Source of the DNA: a bacterium | GTDB taxonomy: Bacteria > Bacteroidota > Ignavibacteria > UBA10030 | Length of the DNA stretch: 44,463 bases | Assembly (NCBI GenBank): GCA_043803945.1 | Contig: JAZDJN010000082.1 | Span: forward strand, 1-44,463 | Direction: 5' to 3' | Shown here: one piece after another, positions 26,350 to 35,339 of the stretch | How the letters are laid out: every line of letters begins with the position of its first letter | Numbering within the stretch: position 1 is the stretch's first letter | Made by a program: the position numbers and the translations under genes | Notes under the pieces: model-generated | Told to the model about the DNA's origin: nothing | Database searches by the model: none | The model's input: the letters and a program-made list of their open reading frames with translations, nothing else

Positions 26350-28770
26350 ATGGCATTCATCACGAAATCGTTGTTCTTCGTAATACTCATCACACAGTTC
26401 TCACTTCAAATCCTTCCCGCACAGGAGACTCAGAGAACACTGGCCGGCATGGTCATCGACGCAGAGACCAGGCAACCGCTTCCAGGTGCTTATGTACGGA
26501 TCGTCGGAACAAATACGGGAACCACCTCCAATGCGGACGGCGCATACCGGCTGCTCCTGCAGAGCGGCCACAACCGCATCGCTGCAAGCTACCTTGGCTA
26601 CCTTTCGGATACACTCCAACTCTCCGGTGAAGAACGCACCCTCGCGCATACGTTTACACTTCACCTTTCATCGATAGCACTCTCTGAAGTTCTCATCATG
26701 GGCGACCAAAGCAATCCCGCTGAGGAGGTCGTCAAACGTGCCATTGAGAAGAAAAGGAAACTCCGCACGCGCATTCGGTCGTACGATTTTTCGGCATACA
26801 CAAAAATGACAATGCGAGCAAGACTTTCCAAGAAAAAGACCGATACACTCACAACCGGCGAAGTGAAAACAACGACCAGCGATACACTTGTTGCGGGCGG
26901 TGTGCTGGAGACACAAACAAAAGGGTACTGGAAAGAACCTGATAAATTCAAAGAGGTGATTGTTGCCCGGAAACAAACAAGGAACGTCGCTCCGGAGGTT
27001 AACATCCTTGGCCTCGCGAATATTCCCAACCTGAACGATGACAGGGTGAAGATCTATGACAAACGCATTGTAGGTCCCACTGCACCCGATGCATTGGACT
27101 ATTACAGCTACGAAATGATCGACACAGTTAGTGTCAACAAGGCTGCCGTATGGCGGATCCGGATGAGACCCAAAAGCTCCATCCTTCCGCTTTTCGACGG
27201 TACCGTAACAATCTCAGACGACAATTACCGAATCGTCGAGAGCGACGTGTATGGCAACGATGCACTCTCACACTCCGTTCCGCTTGCATCGGTGCATGTT
27301 CATCAACTCTTCGGCTATCACAACGATCCGTTCCTCTGGCCGTTGGAATCGAATCTCTCGCTCGAGATCAAATTTCCCGGCCTTGTCTTTCCTTTTCTTG
27401 TCGACCACATCGGCGTAGTGCATAACTACACAGCCAATATCGGCATCACGGATAGTTTCTTCGATCAGTTCTCGGTCAGCGTTCACCCGCAAGCAGACAA
27501 CGTTGATTCCGTTACATGGCTTGCCTTGCAGGCCCCGCCTCTCACGGTCGATGAGAAGAAAGCCTATCACTTTATCGACAGCCTGTACGTCAACAGCAAA
27601 GCGTTTGCCAATATTATGTGGATCATGCGGCTCCCGTTTTGGCTGGAAGAACAACCGCTGACTTCACTGGCGGATTACTTTCGCTTCAATCGTGTTGAAG
27701 GAGCATCCCTGGGTCTTGGCTGCGACTCAAAAGCATATTTCGGCTCGACACATGTTGTGGCGCGCATAGGCTATGCCTTCGCACAACGCTCGCTGAAATA
27801 TGGTTTTGAAGTTGAGCAATCGCTTACAACAAGCAAGTTGTCATCAGTTGGCGTCGAACTTCATCGCTCTCTTCTCAGCCGCTCCGGTGAAGAACCTTTC
27901 GATCTCAGCACAAACACGTTTTTCGCTCTGTTCTCGAAAGAGGATCCGGTAGACTACTTTGAAGGTGAAGGATTTTCCCTCTTTGCAAGGCAGCGTTTGA
28001 GCAACGAGCTTGCGGTTGAGGTTCGCTTTTTTGATGAACGCCAGCGCAGCGTGCAAACAAACACCCGATTCTCATTCTTTGATACGCAATCGGAATATCG
28101 CCTGAACCCTTCTATTATCGACGGCCGGTTGTGGAGCACGGTGATCTCGCTGAGATATGATACGAGGAAACTCATTCAATTCGGTCCCTTCAACGTTCCG
28201 GATGAAACGAACGACAGTTGGAATGTGGGCATGGAGTTCGAGTATACCGATCGCTCCTTGCTCCAGAGCGATTTCACATTCAACCGGGCATCACTGCTGA
28301 TTCATCTGCGGAAGCATCTACTGGGTGATCGTTCCATCAGTATTTTCAGCCGCATCGGATTTTCAGGACACGCACTTCCACCGCAGCGCCTTTTTGATGT
28401 TCCATACGGTGTCGAGGATATCATGCCGATGGGGGCATTCAAGACGCTGCGCATTAAGGAACTTGCCGGCGACCGAATGGCGCTGGTGATGATGGAATGG
28501 AATCTCAGCGGCATGCTTTTCAGAAACATCGACCTCCCCGTCCTTCGCGACATGCAATTGATTCTCTATGCCGGATCGGCATGGAGCGACATCTCTTCAT
28601 CAAGCGCACGCATTCAGACAACCGAGATCCAAACTGCGAAGAAGCTCTTCCATGAAGTGGGATTCGGGTTGGGTAATCTTCCGCTTGGATTTCGTCTGGA
28701 TTTCACCTGGCGGTTGACGCATCGGAATGGCAATAACTTTACACTGACGCTTGGATCGTCGTTGTTTTAA
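26350..28770 (+). CDS. Outer-membrane protein: carboxypeptidase-regulatory-like N-domain + DUF5686-type beta-barrel
   Basis: GMVIDAETRQPLPGAYV..GTTSNADGAY..SYLGY, NPAEEVVKRAI, RFNRVEG and a C-terminal Phe. Start moved to 26350. Confidence 0.85.
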   Translation: MAFITKSLFFVILITQFSLQILPAQETQRTLAGMVIDAETRQPLPGAYVRIVGTNTGTTSNADGAYRLLLQSGHNRIAASYLGYLSDTLQLSGEERTLAHTFTLHLSSIALSEVLIMGDQSNPAEEVVKRAIEKKRKLRTRIRSYDFSAYTKMTMRARLSKKKTDTLTTGEVKTTTSDTLVAGGVLETQTKGYWKEPDKFKEVIVARKQTRNVAPEVNILGLANIPNLNDDRVKIYDKRIVGPTAPDALDYYSYEMIDTVSVNKAAVWRIRMRPKSSILPLFDGTVTISDDNYRIVESDVYGNDALSHSVPLASVHVHQLFGYHNDPFLWPLESNLSLEIKFPGLVFPFLVDHIGVVHNYTANIGITDSFFDQFSVSVHPQADNVDSVTWLALQAPPLTVDEKKAYHFIDSLYVNSKAFANIMWIMRLPFWLEEQPLTSLADYFRFNRVEGASLGLGCDSKAYFGSTHVVARIGYAFAQRSLKYGFEVEQSLTTSKLSSVGVELHRSLLSRSGEEPFDLSTNTFFALFSKEDPVDYFEGEGFSLFARQRLSNELAVEVRFFDERQRSVQTNTRFSFFDTQSEYRLNPSIIDGRLWSTVISLRYDTRKLIQFGPFNVPDETNDSWNVGMEFEYTDRSLLQSDFTFNRASLLIHLRKHLLGDRSISIFSRIGFSGHALPPQRLFDVPYGVEDIMPMGAFKTLRIKELAGDRMALVMMEWNLSGMLFRNIDLPVLRDMQLILYAGSAWSDISSSSARIQTTEIQTAKKLFHEVGFGLGNLPLGFRLDFTWRLTHRNGNNFTLTLGSSLF

Positions 28771-28799
28771 ACATTCCCCAACACTACCGCGATTGTCTG

Positions 28800-28890
28800 A
28801 ACCACTGATTACACTGATTATATGATTTCGCTGAGTAGAAATCCTTTTTGAATATTCTGTGTAATCCCCTAATCAGTGTAATCGGCGGTC
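28800..28890. repeat. Inverted pair of the ~35-bp repeat, overlapping the 3' end of the URO-D-family gene
   Basis: AACCACTGATTACACTGATTATATGATTTCGCTGA ... TCTGTGTAATCCCCTAATCAGTGTAATCGGCGGT. Confidence 0.8.
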
Positions 28891-29966
28891 AGGTTTCGAA
28901 TGTTCGCAGCACGATCAAAGATTTCCTCTTTGCTTACTCTGGCTTCTTCGAACATCGCGAAGATATTTTCATGGGGTGTTTCTGGAGGAACAGTGTGGCT
29001 TGCCGCAAGGATATATCCTCCGCCATCTCCGGTCATCCCTTCAATTAATCGAGCTGTTGCCGCGCGAACATCCCCGACCAATCCATTCGGCAGAAGATTT
29101 ATCGTGTCGACGCCCCCCATAAACGCGAGTTCTTTTCCAAATTCCCGCTTCAGGTCCAGCGGGTCCATCCCCGGACAATTGCACTGCACCGGATTCAACA
29201 CATCGACTCCCATTTCAATCAGATCGGGGATAATTGGGCGCAGCGCTCCGCAGCAATGATAAGCATTCCACACTCCTGCAGTTTTTCCAACATCGATCAC
29301 TTTCTGGAGTTGAGGCCGAACCAGGCTGCGCCAGGTCTGCGGACTCATCATCAGGTTGTCCTGTGCGGCTACATCGTCACCTGTCCAGAGCCAGTCGAGA
29401 GAAAACTGGCTGCATGCCTGCCGGGCAAGCTCTACGGAGAATTCGGCACATCGACCAAGCATACGCGGAACAAGCTCCTCGTTATCAACAAGGTCTAACA
29501 ATGCCTGACTCATTCCGCGCAGCCGGCAATACATCTCAAAAACACAGGGAGAGACATCGCAACCGATAAACAGTTCTTCTCTGCGCCGGAGAACAGGTTG
29601 CATCTGAGCCAGTAATGATTCGATATGCTTCTGAGGAAATTGAAATGCGAGAAGATCTTCCAGCGAAGCATGCTCGAGTGGATACCGTACAATCTGATTG
29701 AACTCGCCAATCTTCTTCCACTCAATGCCCCAATAATCGGTGTGCCCTTCTCCTTCCTGCTCGTGGACAATCTTCTCCATCGCGTAATTATTATTTACCC
29801 ATGCCTGGGCAATATCGTTCCCCATGGCTTCTCCAACAAACGAGGCTGGTATCTCAAGCGAACGGGCAAGTTGAAGAGTTGTTTGCGGGTGGAACCACAT
29901 GAAGATTGGTACGCGGTCGGTTGGCTGCCGGTGTAATGCTGCGTGGACCCGTTCTTTTGATGTCAT
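28869..29966 (-). CDS. Uroporphyrinogen decarboxylase / MtaA-CmuA superfamily protein
   Basis: MTSKERV..PTDRVP, D.WG..W, LRGM..AL.D, GDD, HCCG, LNPVQ and GGGYILAASH. Confidence 0.88.
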   Translation of the reverse strand: MTSKERVHAALHRQPTDRVPIFMWFHPQTTLQLARSLEIPASFVGEAMGNDIAQAWVNNNYAMEKIVHEQEGEGHTDYWGIEWKKIGEFNQIVRYPLEHASLEDLLAFQFPQKHIESLLAQMQPVLRRREELFIGCDVSPCVFEMYCRLRGMSQALLDLVDNEELVPRMLGRCAEFSVELARQACSQFSLDWLWTGDDVAAQDNLMMSPQTWRSLVRPQLQKVIDVGKTAGVWNAYHCCGALRPIIPDLIEMGVDVLNPVQCNCPGMDPLDLKREFGKELAFMGGVDTINLLPNGLVGDVRAATARLIEGMTGDGGGYILAASHTVPPETPHENIFAMFEEARVSKEEIFDRAANIRNLTADYTD

Positions 29967-29998
29967 TGTTAGGCAACCTCATTTGTTGAACGCATATT

Positions 29999-30142
29999 GG
30001 TCGGGAGCACAATCCCCTCCCAGCTTAGCCGCCGCAATAGTATTTTCTCTCCTCACTCTTACCGCTGATAACTTGAACGTAGAAAGAAAGAGGAGAAAAG
30101 GCAATGGTGATCTCACCTGGGAGGGATGTCCACCTCCCGACC
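29999..30142. repeat. Inverted pair of GGTCGGGAG..CCCTCCCAG REP-like elements in a divergent intergenic region
   Basis: Forward copy 29999-30023 and reverse copy 30117-30142. Confidence 0.7.
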
Positions 30143-30237
30143 CATAATTGTACATAAAGACTTTCTCAGCGTAACACTATTAATTGCATTTCAAGAACCC
30201 AGTTGGTATGTTTTTAACAACAAGAAAGAACGTTCCC

Positions 30238-32979
30238 ATGCATATTGTCATTTCAATTTCTCATGCCATCTTGCGAGGAGTCCTTCTCTGTCTTCTTCTC
30301 CCCATCTTCACTATCGCACAAGGAAAGGTTTACCTCGTTCTCGGTTCCGATACGGCGCTCTGGGACAATATGGATGTCGCCCTCTATCGCTGCCACTACA
30401 ATCTGAACCTGTATACCCAGACACAGGAGAACACCTATAAAGTGATGAACGAAGTGTTTCGTTCACAATACAAAGATTCGTACGGAACACCCGTCAAGCT
30501 CACCTGGTGGATGATGGCAGGGAATATTTTCCGCTATGCCGACAATACCAACGTACCCATCCCGAACATCATGACCCTCTACCTGATGAAGAAATATCAT
30601 GGGGCTGCAATTCAACGCTGGGGAGATGAATTAACACTGCACTACCACACCTTTACCTGGACAGACTATAACAACGATGGAAAATACTATTGGAATCAGG
30701 CGAAAAATTTTACCGAATGCCGGAACGACTTCGATTATACTGTTGCACAGTTTCTGCTTGAAGAGAATGTGTTTCCTGTCTCCTTCCGGAGCGGCTGGCA
30801 CGCGATGGATAACGACTGGCAGCGGTATTTGAACCGCATCCTTCCATTTTCTCTTCATAACGCTTACCCATCGATTCGGGCTGATTCCACTGAACCGATT
30901 GATAATGTCTATGATTGGTCGAAAGCCTCCAGCCTCTTCATTCCATTTCATCCTTCCGAAAACAACTATCAACTAACTGGTCAAGGGAAGGGATGGAACG
31001 TCCGTTCCATCTATATGGCTTCGATGTCGCAAACGCTGATGGACCAGATCTTTACACGCGCTGCATCGGGGACCGATCAGGTCGTTTGCATCTGGGCTCA
31101 TTTGCCGGAGACTGATTTCCTTACAAATATTGCACGCATTGATTCGATCGCCCATATCTCTGCTAAAAAAGTACCTCAAGCTCCCTTTGTTTACTGTACC
31201 GCCGTCGAAGCGATGCAGCGCTGGCTGAAGACTTCAGACACAACTCCGCCGCAACTCTCCATCGGCGAGGTTCTACAAAACGGCAAGGTAACATTTACTG
31301 TTTCGACGAACGAACCAATATTCCAGGCGCAGCCATTTGTTGCAGTGAAAGATATCTATGAACGGATTTTGGTTCTTAATTGTACATCGACCGGCACGAA
31401 TTCATGGCAGACAATCACACCGTTCGATCGAGCGACACTGGCAAAAGTCGGTATTGCCGTTACCGATACACTCGGCAACCTCTCCAAACAATATCTGAAG
31501 TACTTGCCGGATGATCTGTACCTCGACAATCTCGATCCGGCATACGAAGAGGTGAGCAGCGGCTGGACAACAATGACCTCGCCATCGTGGGGCACCGATG
31601 CACGCCGTGCTCAAATCACTTCACAAATGCCGGCGCAAATTCGCTGGCGCACACGAGTCCCGGTGACCGGTCTCGTTAATATGTATACCCAAATCCCGGT
31701 GATCACCAACCCAGCCGATTCTATCATCTTTAAAGTGTGGGCAGGCCAACAGTGTGTAGACTCCGTACTCTTCCGACAATCACTTCCTTCTAACACGTGG
31801 GTGTATCTCTTCACTCCCCGGGTCGACAGTACGCAGGATGTTACCGTTGAGATGATCGCTCCGATGGGAAGAAACTTTGGTAAAAGCATTGCAGCCGATG
31901 TACTCAAGATTTCTGCTCTTGTCAAAGAGCGAAGCCTGTACTGCCCAACGAACGTCGTTGATCTTGGGACGGTACGACAGGGTGATACACTTTCTTTCAC
32001 CATCTCGCTGACTAACACAGGACGGTTATCGCTTTCGGTCAATGCTGTTTCGTCGCTGCAGCAATCCATTCTTCCAGCGATTACTCTGCCGCTGATCATC
32101 CCTCCAATGCAAACTGTGGTGCTGCCGCTCCGCTGGAAAGCTGGAGCGCTTGGCGGATTCCGGGACAGCTTGTTCATTCAGAGTAACGATCCGATTCAGC
32201 CCTCATACCCCGTTGTCGTCCTTGCAGCAATCGAGCGATACTTTGAGATCGTTGACAACGAAGACAGCACGCACTATCGGGAATTCGGCCAATGGCTTAC
32301 CAGCAACGCACAAGCGTATGGGACATCAAGCCGCTATTCAGCACTTACAAATCCGCCCGGTGCCTATGCGCAATTTATCACACGACTCCGCTATGGAGGA
32401 GTGTACGACATCCTCCAGATCATTCCGAAGACAGTGAATGGAGCAGTCAAAGCGTTGTACATTATTTCCGAGAACGGGAAGGTGCTCGATTCACTGTATC
32501 GTGATCAAAATACAAATAGCGGCTCCTGGACTTCCTTAGGCAGGTACCGATTTTCTCCCCAGGCAGAAGCATCTGTGAAAATCGTGAACACAGGGGCAAG
32601 TACGGAAGTATTTTGCCTCCGTGCCGATGCCATCAAATGGAGTATCGCAGGCGAATCAACAACATCCATTCAATCCTTTTCTGAATCAATCCCTGCTGAG
32701 TTTCTGCTGCTTCCTAATTATCCGAATCCTTTCAATTCTGCAACCACTATTCGGTTTCTTGTTCCCGTGAAATCGCAGGTTCTGCTCCGCGTGTACGATG
32801 CGCTCGGACGCGCAGTTGCAACATTGGCGGACGCGGTTATAACTCCCGGTGTTTATCAGTCGCAGTGGCGGGCAGAGACACTTGCATCTGGTGTATACTT
32901 TGTCAGGATGGAAGCGAGACAGGTGGATGGAGAGAAGAATTACGTTCTTATGACTCAGAAAGTGTTACTGTTGAGGTAG
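30238..32979 (+). CDS. T9SS-sorted multidomain protein (putative deacetylase-like barrel, two golvesin-like domains, Ig-like domain, CTD)
   Basis: GSDT / LHYHT / SFRSGW motifs, two (L/V)DN..W..ADxx(K) modules, ISLTNTG Ig-like segment and PNYPNPFN..KVLLLR. Start uncertain (30184-30238). Confidence 0.75.
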   Translation: MHIVISISHAILRGVLLCLLLPIFTIAQGKVYLVLGSDTALWDNMDVALYRCHYNLNLYTQTQENTYKVMNEVFRSQYKDSYGTPVKLTWWMMAGNIFRYADNTNVPIPNIMTLYLMKKYHGAAIQRWGDELTLHYHTFTWTDYNNDGKYYWNQAKNFTECRNDFDYTVAQFLLEENVFPVSFRSGWHAMDNDWQRYLNRILPFSLHNAYPSIRADSTEPIDNVYDWSKASSLFIPFHPSENNYQLTGQGKGWNVRSIYMASMSQTLMDQIFTRAASGTDQVVCIWAHLPETDFLTNIARIDSIAHISAKKVPQAPFVYCTAVEAMQRWLKTSDTTPPQLSIGEVLQNGKVTFTVSTNEPIFQAQPFVAVKDIYERILVLNCTSTGTNSWQTITPFDRATLAKVGIAVTDTLGNLSKQYLKYLPDDLYLDNLDPAYEEVSSGWTTMTSPSWGTDARRAQITSQMPAQIRWRTRVPVTGLVNMYTQIPVITNPADSIIFKVWAGQQCVDSVLFRQSLPSNTWVYLFTPRVDSTQDVTVEMIAPMGRNFGKSIAADVLKISALVKERSLYCPTNVVDLGTVRQGDTLSFTISLTNTGRLSLSVNAVSSLQQSILPAITLPLIIPPMQTVVLPLRWKAGALGGFRDSLFIQSNDPIQPSYPVVVLAAIERYFEIVDNEDSTHYREFGQWLTSNAQAYGTSSRYSALTNPPGAYAQFITRLRYGGVYDILQIIPKTVNGAVKALYIISENGKVLDSLYRDQNTNSGSWTSLGRYRFSPQAEASVKIVNTGASTEVFCLRADAIKWSIAGESTTSIQSFSESIPAEFLLLPNYPNPFNSATTIRFLVPVKSQVLLRVYDALGRAVATLADAVITPGVYQSQWRAETLASGVYFVRMEARQVDGEKNYVLMTQKVLLLR

Positions 32980-32987
32980 GATTGAGA

Positions 32988-33345
32988 GGTCGGGAGCAGA
33001 CTTGTCCGCCCTGCCCGACGGACAGGCGGGCGTCTGTTTGGCGGAGCTCCCTCCAGTAAAAATGTAGAGACCTTCAATTTTTAACTACCAATGCGAAGGC
33101 ATCCCCGCCAGAATGCATGGGGGGCAGGCTTGCCGAGCATGATTTTTTGATCTCGATCCTCGGCGGGGACGCCTTCGGATTAGTGTTATCTTTCCTTAAT
33201 GTAGTCTTTCGACCTCCCGGCACTGAGGTTAGGATCTTGTCTTACCTCTCACATTTAACGTCTTACTTATATGTGCAGGAGCGGAGATTCCTCTGATTGG
33301 AGCCTTCCGAAGGTCAGAAGGTGAACGCAGAAACCTTCGGAAGGT
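32988..33345. repeat. Intergenic repeat patch: nested REP-like element, short 7-bp array, CCTTCCGAAGG inverted pair
   Basis: Nested palindrome at 32988-33056, TCTTACC TCTCACA TTTAACG TCTTACT at 33240-33267, and CCTTCCGAAGGT..ACCTTCGGAAGG at about 33303-33344. Confidence 0.65.
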
Positions 33346-33351
33346 CGAGTA

Positions 33352-34374
33352 TTAAAAACTACGTGCGATATGAATCATTGCCCGGAGATTTTCGGGGGGC
33401 GTTGTCGGAGGAATAGCACAACCGGCATTCAGAATAAATCCTGCATTACCATCAAAGAGTTCAAGCAACTCACGGGTTTTCTGTTCAACGAGTTGTGGCG
33501 TCCCCAGAGCAAGCACTCCGCTCGGATCGATATTCCCGATAAATACACTCTTCCCCTGCATTTTTGTACGGGCGCAAACTGCATCCGTTCGATAATCGAG
33601 TTCCAATCCCTCCGCTCCCGTTTCAATCATCGCATCGAGAATGGTTGTGGTGTCGCCGCAGATGTGGATGACGTAAGGAAGACCTAACTGGTGCGAGCAC
33701 TCGACAATCGTTTTTTCGTATGGCAGCGCATACTCGCGATACATTTCGGGTGAGATCAATTCCGGGCCCGCAACGCTATCGCCATTCGACGTCATGTGTG
33801 CACCAGTCTCTGCCATAAGGCGGATGAATTGCTTTGTGACCTCCGTGGTATAGTTGAGAAGTGCGTGAACTCGTTCTGCATTTTCCGGGTCTGCCAGATC
33901 CATCATCCATGGCGATATCCCTCGCATAAGGCTGGCAAGTGTGAAAGGTGACTGATCGCAGTTGCCGCGAATATAAATCTGATCGTCGAAGTAGTTCTTC
34001 ACTATTCTCGTCGCTTCGAGCCAGACCTCAACGCCACAGTAAGTTCTGATATCAACCGGCAGCAAGCCGTCCACTTCTTCAAGTGAAGATATCCTGGCAC
34101 CGCAGACCCGCGCAGGTTCATCCTCGGGAAAATCAATCGGAACACCAACTGCTCCCGCCAGTGTGACGGTATCGACGTCGATCATAATTCCATCGTACTC
34201 ATATTTTTCAATCGCTTCGATAAATGCACGCGCGAGTTCATGGGGATTGCTGCGGAACGTTGCCATACTTATTCCCGCCTCACGGGCAGCCATCATAAAA
34301 TTATGAAGCATCACCGGTGTGGTATCGGGTTTCTTTCCGGCAATAACGGCAGCAATACGTTCATATCCCGTCAT
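33352..34374 (-). CDS. MtaA/CmuA-like (URO-D superfamily) putative corrinoid methyltransferase
   Basis: MTGYERI, SPFTLA..MRG, ISPEMYRE, HICG and LNAGC (HxC...C Zn motif), GNIDP. ATGA overlap with the permease gene. Confidence 0.88.
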   Translation of the reverse strand: MTGYERIAAVIAGKKPDTTPVMLHNFMMAAREAGISMATFRSNPHELARAFIEAIEKYEYDGIMIDVDTVTLAGAVGVPIDFPEDEPARVCGARISSLEEVDGLLPVDIRTYCGVEVWLEATRIVKNYFDDQIYIRGNCDQSPFTLASLMRGISPWMMDLADPENAERVHALLNYTTEVTKQFIRLMAETGAHMTSNGDSVAGPELISPEMYREYALPYEKTIVECSHQLGLPYVIHICGDTTTILDAMIETGAEGLELDYRTDAVCARTKMQGKSVFIGNIDPSGVLALGTPQLVEQKTRELLELFDGNAGFILNAGCAIPPTTPPENLRAMIHIARSF

Positions 34375-35339
34375 GATTCGACCCTGCTTTTCTGAATTCT
34401 ATTCAATAAAACGGCGATAAGAATGAGCGCTCCCCGGACAACATGCTGCCAGTACTCGCTCACATTCATAAGCGTCATCCCATTGATGATGACGCCAAGA
34501 AAAATAATGCCAACCATCGTCCCCCAAATTTTTCCCGAACCGCCGCTCAGGCTTGTACCGCCGATGATGACGGCGGCAATCACATCAAGCTCCCACCCTT
34601 TTGCCGTCGTGTGCGTACCCGACATGATTTCAGACGATTGCATGACGCCGCTCAACGCCGCCAGAAAAGAGGTCAATCCCAAGACCAGCGTTTTGACTCT
34701 CCGGACATTGATACCGGACAACCTCGCGGCTTCCGCATTCCCTCCAACGGCATAGATAGACCTCCCGAACGGGGTGAAGTTCATGAGAAATTGAATCACG
34801 GCAAAGGTGATGAGAAAGATAATTGCCGGAAAGGGAATACCGGCAAGATATCCACCTCCGATAAAATTATACCATGGGGGAAAGGAGGTAATGGGAAAGC
34901 CGTTGGTAATTAATTCGGCGGCACCAGAGAGTCCGGTCATCAGTGCAAGCGTCGTGATGAAGCTCGGCACACTATAGCGTGTCCGCATCATACCGGTGAA
35001 TAGACCCAGGGAGAATCCTAACAGAAGCGTGAGGAGAATTGCAACAGGAACAGAGAGCTCATAGGGCAATCCAATTGCCGCGCCGGAGAGCCGCTCCACG
35101 CTGAAGGCCATGATACAACCGGCAAATGCGACAGCCGAGCCGACGCTCAAATCGATTTCTCCAGCAATGATAACCATCGTCATCCCAAAGGCGATGATGC
35201 CCTGCATCGATACATTACGCAGTACATTGAGCACATTTTCGGTTGTGAAGAATCCCGGCGCAATGACTGCGAGAACGATGCAGAGAAGCAGCAGGATCAG
35301 TTCGAGAATATGATTGCTGAGATAGAGGCGTAGTGTCAT
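34371..35339 (-). CDS. Sugar ABC transporter permease (RbsC-like)
   Basis: GEIDLSVGS, PSFITTL, GRSIYAVGGNAEAARLSGI and ELDVIAAVIIGGTSLSGG. Confidence 0.95.
   Translation of the reverse strand: MTLRLYLSNHILELILLLLCIVLAVIAPGFFTTENVLNVLRNVSMQGIIAFGMTMVIIAGEIDLSVGSAVAFAGCIMAFSVERLSGAAIGLPYELSVPVAILLTLLLGFSLGLFTGMMRTRYSVPSFITTLALMTGLSGAAELITNGFPITSFPPWYNFIGGGYLAGIPFPAIIFLITFAVIQFLMNFTPFGRSIYAVGGNAEAARLSGINVRRVKTLVLGLTSFLAALSGVMQSSEIMSGTHTTAKGWELDVIAAVIIGGTSLSGGSGKIWGTMVGIIFLGVIINGMTLMNVSEYWQHVVRGALILIAVLLNRIQKSRVES

Noticed and set aside
22942-28890. ~35-bp repeats as a CRISPR array
   Set aside because: Copies are degenerate, inverted and kilobases apart, with no regular spacers and no cas genes.
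28869-34374. Calling either URO-D-family gene hemE
   Set aside because: Neither shows the HemE N-terminal RQAGR motif. Both have HxC motifs and a sugar-transport context.
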